A DNA stretch of 63,947 nucleotides, counting the filler, from Kipferlia bialata (Eukaryota): assembly GCA_003568945.1 (NCBI GenBank). It is 5 parts of 4 records of this genome, joined end to end, with 100 filler letters (N's around TTAATTAATTAA, not from the genome) between each part and the next. Parts side by side here need not be neighbours in the genome. Positions count along the whole stretch, not along the records: positions 21,904 to 43,705 come from BDIP01000316.1; positions 43,806 to 53,592 come from BDIP01000388.1; 3 more parts are not named here. The stretch is one strand, 5' to 3'. Within the stretch, counting starts at the first letter, position 1. Each line of letters begins with the position of its first letter. The notes under the pieces were generated by a model. It was given only the letters and a program-made list of their open reading frames with translations. It ran no database searches and was not told the DNA's origin. Below, piece by piece: positions 34,916 to 46,998 of the stretch. The position numbers were made by a program, and so were the translations under genes.

Positions 34916-37436
34916 TCACCCTGTGTGGAATACTGGAGTGTGATATGGGCTGGAGAGAGTCTCGGTCTCGAGTACCTCCAAATCACTATGTTGTACCAGT
35001 GTAAGTTTAGCTGCACTAAGAAATAGCCTGAGTAGCAATGGGTGATGTAGCGAGTGGTTAGAGTGGAGCGAAACTCTAGGAGGATACAATACACACCACA
35101 TAGGCGATTAATGTATGCATCTATCTATTGAATGATACATCACTACCGCAATGTATAGAGCTGTGTTTACTGACTGGCTGCGTTGCCTCCATGCTACATA
35201 AGAGTTACCAGTCGCAGTCACTCCCTGCCTCTCTCTGCTGCCGGTCAATGGCTCTCTCCTGCCTCTCAAACTCCGCTTCCATCATCCTCCTTACTGGCAT
35301 GGTGTCCTCCCACTCACTAAGACCAAGGGAGGAGCCGTGAGAGATCAGGGCCTGCTGGATATCAGAAGAATAGTGTACGTTGTATAGATCATGCCAGTGA
35401 TATGAATTAGACTGTGATACCAACAGTACATGGATTGTGCGGCGTACCTTGAGAGTAAGAACAGTCCCGCTCCCTCGCTGAGTCTCCAGCTGGACGTCAG
35501 ATAGTGTATACACCGCTTCATTAATACTGTATAGTATAAGTGGCCAGTATAGTATCTCATTGTGACTCTCATATTGAATGAGCCATACTCACCCTGGTAC
35601 TGAGAGCCTTGGTCTCACTCAGCTGCACCAGAGAGTCCCTGAGGTCTGATCTGTCACTCTCTGAGTGGCTGATCTCAGCTCTTTTGCAGTGCTGACCACC
35701 TACCTGAGTGTGAGACATGGGCTACTAACTGTAGTGCATAATGTGTACTACAAATCCATACTGTATACATATGGCATTACCGTATCGTAGAGGTCTGCGA
35801 TGATGAGGGAACACGTGGAGTCCCCAAGGAGCTGAGGCCGACTGAATATCACGACCAGAGGGCCCAACGCCTGGTAGTTAGTAGACAATTACTTATAGTC
35901 ACTCTAAGTAATGCCGGTGAGAGGTGCGGCTCACCATCACAGCTGCCACTTCAGTGGAGTTGTCTCTGTAGCCAAGCTGCCAGTCCACAGACCCTTGCAT
36001 CCAGCCGTTAGCCAGTGTGTAAGTGTTGTGGGTACTAGTGTGAGTACAATACATGATGCGAAGAATACTTGTAAGCTGAGTCGCAATAGTCCTCCCCACA
36101 TCTACCATTGTATCTAGTATACCAAAGATTTAACCTGGTGTTTCTCCTACCCCTGTTTTGGCGTTGCCAGCAGAAGTAGTGCAGTGTATTCCCAACCGGG
36201 ATAGCACTGGATCCCTCATACATGTAGGGTGAGGTAGGTACGGACTCTTGGAAGGTCCAAAGATCACACTCTCAGCGTCAGCAGATGAAGTATACTACAG
36301 GAACCTGGAACTGCACCGATATATATACTTAGGGTTCCGATAATTCCACACCTGGGTCATACACCTGGACGGTGCGGCCATTCATCAGGACAAGCTTGTC
36401 TTCGAGACAGGTGGCAAAGTGGCTGGACCTACGTGTGAGGTATGTGGTACGCTGTAGATACATACTTGACACTGTCATGGAGTATCACGTGGCAGTGAAA
36501 CTTACATTGGTACAGGACACGTCACTTCAGTTGCCTCTGTGAGAGGCTCAGTGGGTCCTGGAGGTCAATGGAGCAATAGGTGGGGGTATATCAGCATACT
36601 GTAGAGACTAGTTACTAAGAGGGAGATACACATAGTGTAGAGCGAGTAGAATCACGCTACCTGGATATGTCTTAATCTCCCAGGAGAGAGTGTCAAGGCT
36701 GAGGATGTGGAGGGTGTTGAGGACAGTCGTCTTCGTGTTTCTGTATCCAAAGCCAACAGTGACGCCTCCACCAAAAGCATACACCTTGCCGGCCACCTAT
36801 GAGTGAGGATAATCCACAAGACGTATTGAAAAATTATTAGCACCTTGGTCACAGAGAATCCTTCTGTCTTCCGGAGAGACCCGTCTGTAGGGGTGACATT
36901 GGTTGTCTTGAGGTTGGGCTTGCCGATACCGCCATCCGCAACCGTGTAGAGGAATAGAGAGTTCCCTCCGTGAACCATGAACTGGTTGTCACCGAGGGGG
37001 TGCTTCCACAGGATCTTGTCCCTGTCAGCGCCAATGGAAAGAGCGCCGCGCTGGGTGAGGGATCTATACAGCGTTCTGCAGTGTAACTGTAGAAATATTG
37101 TAGACTCTGTGTGGCCACTGCTTGCAATCCAAGTTGGATACTGTAGAATCACTGTAGCGTCATTGTAATGAAGAGTATCATTCGTAGTGTATCATACCTT
37201 GGAACAGGTCTGGGCAGTGAAGATGCTGCCTGCGTTCAGAGAGTCGTACCACCACATGACAGAAAATGAAATGATACAGAGTATGACGAAAGAGTAGTAA
37301 ATGCACACTGTACAGTACCTATCTCGCCCTCGAAGGTGTCATCCCCCACTGACTCCTGATGGTAGTAGTACTCGTCAGAAGGGTAACGCTCCTCAGACTC
37401 GGAGTCACTACTTCTGTGACCACTGAAACTGAACAT
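34916..37436 (-). CDS. Kelch-type beta-propeller protein with a C-terminal helical/coiled region
   Basis: VAGKVYAFGG..LNTLHILSLDTLSW, QFMVHGG and ATCLEDKLVLMNGRTVQVYDP Kelch-like blades; short GT-AG introns. Termini are approximate. Confidence 0.7.
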
Positions 37437-37851
37437 TGCTGCAGTGGTGGTAAAGAGAGGAGTGTCAGCGTGGCTCTCGAAAGAGCCGGGATTGGGTCAA
37501 CAGTAGCTGTATACAGAAGCCTTCTGTTAGAAGTACTCTCTATATCTCTACAGTCGAAGACACTGTACCCTCACACATAGTTTGCATACGAAGTTGAGAA
37601 GAGATGGTGGTGTGTGCTGCGAGGTTAGGTGGCTATTGAAGGATAACTGAAATGGATGGATGCTGCCTAGGTGTGATGAACAACGACTAGTGTCACCCAG
37701 AACTATCAAGGACACGAACAATCATTAACTCACTCTTTACCACTCACGCATACTGACACACACACTCTATCTCTAATGACCACTCCTCCCAGGAGTAGAA
37801 AGAATCTACTATACAACTGCCATGACTGTATCTATTTCACTTTCATGCCAT

Positions 37852-40800
37852 CTACTCTGTGATCCACTCTGTGTGGAATGATCCTGGTCTGTCTGTCCTC
37901 TTGTACGTGTGGGCACCAAAGCAGTCCCTCAGGCCCTGGATGATGTTGGCAGGGAGGGTGGCAGTCCTGAGGTGGGTGTTTACTGTATGTAGTATACATT
38001 AGAGAAGAGAGAGGGGGGAGAGAGAGAGACCCTGGATGATGTTGGCAGGGAGGGTGGCAGTCCTGGGGTGAGGGAGAGACACAACGAAAGATGCAAAAGA
38101 GATGATGAAGTGGTTAGAGTCATACCCCCATACCTGTATGCATCGTAGTACTGCAGGGCAGATGTGTATGAACGTATCTACATCTATACATAAATGTCTA
38201 TATGTGTATCTGATGTAGAGGGATATACCTGTATGCATCGTAGTACTGCAGGGCAGATGTGAAGGCAGGGACTGGGATGCCGTGCTGGGTGGCGGCAATC
38301 ACAACCTGAGAGTTAGATGTATGTATGTGTATTTATTACTATAGGTACTATCTCAACCTGGAGGGTTAGATGTCTATCAATATATACGGAAATAGTCTCT
38401 TTTTCCGCCTCACCTTGCGCAGGCTGGGCAGTATCAGTAGATATAATATGCATGTATACATCAGTATAAGTGTATACATTGACTGACACTCCCTCCCTCA
38501 CCTTGCGCAGGCTGGGCAGTCTGTTAGCGACCTCTGTCCTGAATGGCTCACACAACAGTAGGTTGGACTTGTCTGGCTGCTCCTGCAGGGCCTTGGAGAT
38601 GTCGTCGAGGAAGCCGGCCCTAGATGTGAGATATGTATATAATATATAATATATAATAGTATTTATGTCTGTGTATATTTTTATTATATATATTTATTAT
38701 TATATATATACCCATCATTGGATGTCGTCTAGGAAGCCGGCCCTGGGGGTGAGATGGCCACACCTAAATAGTATATACAATACACATACACACACACATA
38801 TATATATACACATAGTGCATATATACAATTAATACATATGTAGATATGCTCCACCTGATGATGCACCCTGCCCTCCAGAGTGAATATATACACACACTAT
38901 ATATATATATATATATATTATACTATAGTATACACAATACCTGATGATGCACCCTGCCCTCCAGAGGGATGCCACGGCAGCGAGGTCCAGGTTGTAGTTC
39001 CTGGGGGTTAGAGGTGATATATACTTAGAGAGAGAGAGTTAGGAGTGATGTAACACGAATGCATGCACTTGCAGTGTAGTAGATGAATATGTGTAGCCAC
39101 TAACCTCTCTGCACTCAGCTTGTCCAGCAGGGATAGGGCCTGTGCATAGGTGATGAGGATGGCACAGTACAGGGCCTCCTGGTGGTAAGATTACAGACAC
39201 ATTTATATATATATATTTATATATATATATATAAGTACATAGTGTGAGAGAGAGAGAAAGAGAAAGGCACAGTACAGGGCCTCCTGGGTATAAGGGGTGT
39301 CACACAGTGTGAGGATTATTAGATATATATGTCTATAAAGAAAATGTGCCTGACCTGCATTGTAGTGACGTAGCTCTCCTCGTCTGCGGTGGAGGGAAGG
39401 AGACCGGCATCAAGTACGCTGGGGTAAGGGGGGGATACACAAATGTCTTGTGTATATAGCATTCTATTATTATGTGTATATGTATCACTCCGTACGTTGA
39501 TGCCGCCACCCTCTCCTCCTTGGAGTGGAATAATACATATAGATATTTATAGATATATAGATAAATAAGAGAGTATGACATATATATACACATATATGAA
39601 GTTAGATATAGATATGTATTAACGTACGTTGATGCTGCCACCCTCTCCTCCTTGGTCGAACTGATGTTACGGGCATCGACTGCTGCACCTGGGGTTAGAT
39701 ACATAGATATCGACACAGTGTCCAGTACAGATGCAGGGCAGATAGGTGGCAGTACATTGTGTGTATGTACCGTATACTCACCTATGGTAGGCACCGATGC
39801 CCCAACGCTAGGTATATATATACACGTAATAGTAGGGAGATGGACATAGCACAAACACCCTCACCTATTGTGGGTACTGGGGCACCGATGCTCAGGGCCA
39901 TCTCCACAGTCCACTTGCCTAGGGGGTGAGGGTGGTATATAGACTACACATACGTTAGGAAATAGTACGTATTCATACATATATATTTATATATGTTTCA
40001 GGGCCATCTCCACAGTGCACTTGCCCAGGGGGTGAGGGGAGAACAATATGAGCATAGAGGTTATGACAGAGTCAGTGATTAACATAAGGGATGCTGTGGT
40101 ATTGTAGCGTCTTATAGTACCTGTTCCCTTGGCCCCTGCCTGATCCAGTATGCGCTCCACAAGGGGCTCGCCTGGGGGTTAGTCAATGCTACATGAATAC
40201 ACATACAGAGAGAAGAGGGATACACACTATATATATACATTAATATATATCCCCTCACCATCCTCGTCCGAGTGCCCAAGCACAATGGCTGTGATCTCCA
40301 CCAGGTATGAGGAGAGCTCTGTGTTCTGCCACGACTCAAAGATGTGGCCGATCTCATTGGTGGAGATGCCCAGGATGCGCTGGGGGTAAGAACAATTGTA
40401 CACACACATATATGTACATGGATATATATAGAGAGAGAGAGATAGAGAGACCCAGGTTGCGCTGGTGGATAGCGTGGGTCTATATACAGAAATATGTAGA
40501 CACTAAAGACATATTCGGGCATCAGCACATACCCTGATGGAGTGGTATGTCTCAGCAATGAGCTGCATGACACCGTACTCACAACCGTTGTGAACGGTCT
40601 GGGGGTGAGGGGTGGAAAAAGGGAGAGAGAGAGATGAGAAGACCCTACAGGTGGGGATCGATACCAAGAGATATATAGGAGTAATGACTCTCATCAACCC
40701 TTACCTTGACTGCGTTTCCAGCCCCACCAGGTCCCAGGAGTGCCACACAGGGCTCGCCATCAGGGGCCTGGAGGGTAGGTATATAGAGACAGTGATACAA

Positions 40801-42197
40801 GGGAATCCTAAAGACCTTTACATGACATTCCTAACAAGTCATAAAGTATAATATTGTGAATATCGTATTCAAAATAGTATGTACCTTAGCGGCTATGGAC
40901 TCCAGCAGGTCCTTGACCATGGCCCATGCGGCAGGGGGGCCACCGGGCATGAGGGAGGGGCCAAACCTAGGGGTGAGAAGGAGGTGGGGAGAGCACACGC
41001 ACACAAATATACATATGCGTATACTATATGCTGAACTAACCTAGCACCCAGCTCTCCTCCACTGACCCCCACCCCCATGTAGTGGATGCCGGAGTCGACA
41101 AGTGAGGCAGCCCTCTTCTCAGTGTCCTGAGGGGTGAGGAGGGAGACCCAGTTGGGGGGGGGGGGGGGTACTCTGCACAATTATGAAATGAATACCACAT
41201 AATCCTAATATCTAGCCCACTTCGTAGTATGTACTGCATGTGTATGAATAGGACACGCATGTATGTATGTGTGTATATATGTAGATCTATATTCATATGT
41301 AACAATACCCACCTCGTAGTATGTGTTCCCCCCGTCCATGATGGTGTCTATACTAGTATACNNNNNNNNNNNNNNNNNNNNNNNNNNNNNNNNNNNNNNN
41401 NNNNNNNNNNNNNNNNNNNNNNNNNNNNNNNNNNNNNNNNNNNNNNNNNNNNNNNNNNNNNNNNNNNNNNNNNNNNNNNNNNNNNNNNNNNNNNNNNNNN
41501 NNNNNNNNNNNNNNNNNNNNNNNNNNNNNNNNNNNNNNNNNNNNNNNNNNNNNNNNNNNNNNNNNNNNNNNNNNNNNNNNNNNTATATACTATTACACCC
41601 ACCTCGTAGTATGTGTTCCCCCCGTCCATGATGGTGTCCCCCTCATCCAGCAGGGGGACAAGCTGACCAACAACGGCATCAACTGCACGGCCGGCCTGGG
41701 GTGAACAGAGGGGTATAGGACAGAGATATCATATGCATATAAGAATACTATATCCATACATCTATATAGAGTACATATACTGTCACTCTGTACCTGCACC
41801 ATGAGCATGATGCGTCTGGGGCTCTTGATGCTGTCCACAAACTCCTCGAGGGTTCTGAGGGTGAGAGATAGAGAATAACTAGGACATAGATAACAGATAC
41901 ATACAGTGATGATTGTGGGAGAGAGGAAGTAATGGAGAGAGAGAGAGAGAGTACCTGCAGGCCTTGAGGGTATTGTAAATAGAGAGAGAGAGGGAGAGAG
42001 GGTTTGGTACCTGCAGGCCTTGAGGTTGTTGCCAGGGTGTCTCTCCACAAAGTCCATGGTCTTGGAGGTGGTCCTGGGGGTGAGAGGGATATATATATGT
42101 ATATATATATATTTATGTATATATGCATACATATATATCTGTGGATAGACTAGACATAAAGTCCATGGTCTTGGAGGTGGTCCTAAGGGGTTAGATG

Positions 42198-42231
<34 letters not shown>

Positions 42232-42261
42232 TCCTATATAGTAAGACAGGGACATATATAT

Positions 42262-42294
<33 letters not shown>

Positions 42295-43048
42295 CATACA
42301 CAGAGAGAGAGACTATACACAAAGTCCATGGTCTTGGAGGTGGTCCTAGGGGGTAAGAAAATATATATGTACATATGCATATACATTCATTGAGAGAGAG
42401 AGAGAGAGAGGTGACTCCACAAAGTCCATGGTCGTGGTGGTTCTACAGTAAATGGGGGTGGGGAGAAAATATATATAGAGAGAGAGAAAGGAAGAGAGAG
42501 GGGGGGGGAGAGGGAGAAAGGGCACAAAACCAGAGACAGAGAGCCATACCTGTTGAAGACTGAGACTGTGTTGCCTCTGGACTCCATGTTGAGGGCAAGG
42601 TTCTGGGGGTGAGGGGAGAGGGTAGGGGTCACATAACATATGAGGGGGGGATATCACTGTAGACTTTGAGGAAGAGAGTGGCAATAGAGACATACTGTCT
42701 CAGTGAGGTTTTGCTGTGACTTGCAGGGCTGCGCACATAATTAGTTTGCAACTTATATACAATACAGAGAAAGAATTGTGGCCAATGTCCAACATACACA
42801 GAGTGTACAGTGACTATGCTACAGCAAGTCACAACCAGTATAACAACACACAGACCCCGCTACACATACATAATGGCCTAGCACAAGCAATATATACTAA
42901 AATACAACTTCAGAGAGATTGGTCGGTGTGTTGTGGACCGCGAGAGATGGACGAAACGATGCCGAACTCATATACGACGTACACCTCCTATATACGCACA
43001 TACCTGCCCCATAACGGCCAGTCCAATGAGTCCGACGTCAGATGTCAT
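37852..43048 (-). CDS. PGD: 6-phosphogluconate dehydrogenase, decarboxylating (NADP+), about 19 exons
   Basis: Spliced: [134 protein letters not shown]; stop at 37852. Confidence 0.97.
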
Positions 43049-43252
43049 GTTGTGCTAGTGTGTGTGTGTAGAGAGTCGTCACGTAGTGGGTCGTGATAAA
43101 TGGCAATGATTGGCAATCGATTGATTGGACTGTTGACAACACACCTCAGCCGTTGATTCCATCTCAACGGATCAATGAGTTACAGTTTAAGGAACACGTC
43201 ACCACTCCCCCTCTCTCTACCTATACACCTAACCCGTGTGTCCCTATTACAC
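43049..43252. promoter_or_regulatory. Putative bidirectional promoter between PGD and G6PD
   Basis: At most 204 bp between divergent starts. Two ATTGG (CCAAT) boxes at about 43109 and 43124 flank the palindrome CAATCGATTG (43114-43123). Function is inferred from position. Confidence 0.5.
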
Positions 43253-43327
43253 ATGCAGGGTACCGAAGACAGACCCAATGTGGTGGTGATCATTGGAGCC
43301 AGTGGTGACTTGACCCAAAGGAAGCTG
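43253..43327 (+). CDS. G6PD: Glucose-6-phosphate dehydrogenase, N-terminal exon only (the rest is lost at the linker)
   Basis: VVVIIGASGDLTQRKL followed by a GTGAGT donor is the G6PD NADP-binding GxxGDLxxxK motif. A small upstream exon is possible (in-frame ATG at 43175; acceptor-like CAG at 43258). Confidence 0.85.
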
Positions 43328-43705
43328 GTGAGTGGCAGTGTACATATACATGCAATGATGTGGGATGCTTGGTATAGTGAAGCGATTTCGTCCCTATATC
43401 ACTTTGTGAAGGATGTGTGCTCTTCTGTGTGTGTGTGGGGGGGGGATGGGTATGTGTATATGTATCTGTGTCAACTGGATGGATGGTTGGGTTTACTCAT
43501 TGTGTCCTTCATTACTCTTCGCTCGCTATCTCGCAAGTAACTCCCATTACCCGTGATATCCGTGTGGGATACTGTTTTGAACGTTGTGTACTCTCATCCT
43601 CGCTCCTCACACCCAGTCACCTGTCACTGTAGCCTTTCATAGGTCGATTCCTCCTCCTTCCTTTCTCTACTCCCCCCCCCCCCCCCCCCCCTCCCCCTAT
43701 CTCCC

Positions 43706-43805
43706 NNNNNNNNNNNNNNNNNNNNNNNNNNNNNNNNNNNNNNNNNNNNTTAATTAATTAANNNNNNNNNNNNNNNNNNNNNNNNNNNNNNNNNNNNNNN
43801 NNNNN
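43706..43805. other. Artificial contig linker N-TTAATTAATTAA-N
   Basis: Same linker as at 21804. Confidence 0.95.
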
Positions 43806-43822
43806 GGGCGCGTGTTTTGGCT

Positions 43823-43853
<31 letters not shown>

Positions 43854-43967
43854 GAGGGGAAGAGAAGAGAGAGAGAGAGAGTAATTCGACTTGGTGGTGT
43901 ATGCTCATATTCTGTATCCTGATGCAAAGACACACATAAGTATTCTAATATATAGACACACCCATAC

Positions 43968-46683
43968 CTAGTGGCTGAGCAAATGCCGAGCAGTCACACT
44001 GCATGCCAATGCCACCTGGGGTGAGGGGGATGGATGTCATAGAATGACAGGAGAACACTGCCAATTCATATACATAATCCTATGTATATACACTCTCTAT
44101 ACCTGCCCCTGGGTAGTTTGGTATGGCTGGCACCATAGTATATACATGCATAGGTATACATTAATACTATATATATACTATGTATATACTATGTATACAC
44201 TATATGTATACATACCTGCCCCACACAAATATATACTATGTATATACACTCTCTCTATACCTGCCCCTGGGTAGTTGGGTATGACTGGTACCATGACTGC
44301 ACCGGCTGGGAGGTAGAAGGCAGCCCTGGGGGTGAGGGTATGTGCATATACACAAATAGACACATATATGGGAGGGACAAAGAGAGAGAGATGTATGCAC
44401 ATCCTCTACCTGAGGAGCATAACGAGTCTCTCTATATATGCTCATTCACACACATATATATGACTATATTGATATATATGTAAATATATATATATCTAAG
44501 TTCCTCAGGTGGATGCCGAGTCTCTTGCCTGCCACCATAAACCAAAGGCATATATCCATACATACACACACACACACACACATATATATATATGCATCAT
44601 ATATATATACATATGCATCATATATACATACCTGAGGTGGATGCCCAGTCTCTTGCCTGCCACCCATCCAGCCAGGGCACAGGTGGTCTCGATGATACGG
44701 TCAGACAGGGGGTGGCTGGGGTGAGTGTATGTATATATATACAAATATACATATATATAGAGAGTGTATACATCAGACAGAGGGAGGGAGAGAGAAGAAG
44801 TAGGATGATATATGGAGAGGGGAAATACCGAGAGGGGGCGAGCAGATAGATTGAGGGAGATGGAAGTGATACAGTCTGACAGTGGACGGCATGTCGACGA
44901 TAATGTTCACTCATATATACTATCAATACACACACTACATATACAATATAGATATGCATGTACCTCGAGTCGAGTGGCAGGACTGTGGATGGGATGTCGA
45001 TGCTCTCATTGACAGACAGGGTCTCGTTGTTGACAATGGCACACACGGCGGTATCCTAAGGGTTACATAAATACACATACACATTCACATTTACACTTAT
45101 ATATGAATACAAATATAAATCGTTGTTGACAATGGCACACACGGCGGTGTCCTGGGGTTATAGGAGTAAAATATATGTATATATATATTAACAAATGAAT
45201 ACATGTAATGAATATACATGTCTTGTTGACAATGGCAAACACAGCAGTGTCCTGGGGCTTTATACAAAACGGTATTACAAATACTATTTCTCTCCATGTA
45301 TAAAGATAGAACTAAGCATACAAAATACTGTATTCCTCTCTCAACTGCCCACAAGGCCTCAAATAAGTATATATATATATGTAATAGAAAGAAAATACAT
45401 ATGTATATATATATACATGTATATCAGCGTATACCTCGACCAGTTTGCCCACCCTGGTGCCGATGGGGTGCTCAGTGATCTAGGGGTGAGGATGTACAGT
45501 GGGGTATGTACTATTATACATATATATCTATCTATATATATATATATACTGATATCGGCATACAAAGATAATTCGGGTGTTAGAATGGTCTAATACCGGA
45601 GCGTTGGCTGTAAACGACAGCGGATGAATACTAGTAACCAACACAGAGAAACCGAATCAGAACTATATATGGAGATAGTATAGAGAGGAAAGGCACCCAT
45701 CAAGACCTGCCTAGTGTACATAGACATATTATTATATACACTAGCTAGTGTATGAATATCAAAATGAACTACACTGTAATATATATTATAAGTCGAGGGC
45801 ATACCTGGCCCTCTGGCAGGTAGTGTACATAGATATAATACGAATATACTACACTGTAATATATACTATTATGACATATTTAAAATAACATATTATAATG
45901 AGTCGAGGGCATACCTGGCCCTCTGGCAGGTGGCACACGGCTAGGCTGTCATCATCCCTGGGGGTGAGGGGTGTACTATGTATATATATATATGTATATA
46001 AATGCAAAGGCATCTGTACACTGGATGTACTATATATACTATATATACTATACTATACTATATATACTACTGCAGGTGTGTGTCCAGTATGGATGCATTG
46101 CAAGTGGGGAAGGGGTATATATAGACTGGGAGGGAGAGGGGGGGGCAGGATATATGTATATATATATCCACACTGGTGTGTGCGTTCTTCTGAGTGTTCA
46201 TGTGTGTGGGTGTGCATATATAGACTACTACACCCTGCAGGGAACAGATAGATAGGACACACCACACACACTCCACATCGCGCACACCATGACACTCCAC
46301 ACCTAATAATGCAAATAAAGAGAAAGGGCAAAGCCATTGACTGTAGCGTGTATACATGGGGTGCCTCCTGGATAAACACATGCCATACTGATACCCACTC
46401 ATCCCATACATGCACATATATGCACATCACTGCCCTTAAACACGTTGTCCGTACATATATAAACAAGTGATAGGAGCACAACGATAATACATCTGCATAG
46501 AACCTAACAATGCCATATACGCCGCTACAGAGATTGGAATCATATACATATCATTACTAAATCCCACCTCTCCCGACACTACACTGGGGTTATTACTGCC
46601 AATACACAATGACCCACTTACCCAAAGTTGGGGGGCAGGTTGTAGAACTTCTCTAGGTTCTCGTCCACTGCTAACTCAGGCAT
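43968..46683 (-). CDS. TGS/ThrRS-N-like domain protein, possibly a ThrRS-N/uridine-kinase fusion type (3' end lost at the linker)
   Basis: Spliced: MPELAVDENLEKFYNLPPNFGDDDSLAVCHLPEGQITEHPIGTRVGKLVEDTAVCAIVNNETLSVNESIDIPSTVLPLDS.HPLSDRIIETTCALAGWVAGKRLG resembles TGS plus the following helix, but lacks the ThrRS HS..H motif. Confidence 0.55.
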
Positions 46684-46962
46684 TGAAGGAGTGAAAGAGA
46701 GAGGGGTAGGTGGTTAGGTCTTGATTCTTCCCAGTCAACGTTCAAGGTTTTTGTTTCCCCTACACCCTTTAGTCACTACACCCTTCCACACTGTACACGC
46801 ATAACGTATCTGAGGGCGTCTTCCACTCAGCATAGCACCAGAGTCACTCAGCCTCTGGATTGTAGCCATAGAGAGGGTTAGAGCGGGAGGTGTAAGGAGC
46901 CGATTGTGAGGGAGTGCTGTTGTTAGTTGACGGTGTTGTGAGAGAAAGATAGTGGTGGGAAA

Positions 46963-46993
<31 letters not shown>

Positions 46994-46998
<5 letters not shown>

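Noticed and set aside
43806..46683. Possible pathway clustering of the TGS gene with PGD/G6PD
   Set aside because: Separated by an artificial linker, so the adjacency is not real.
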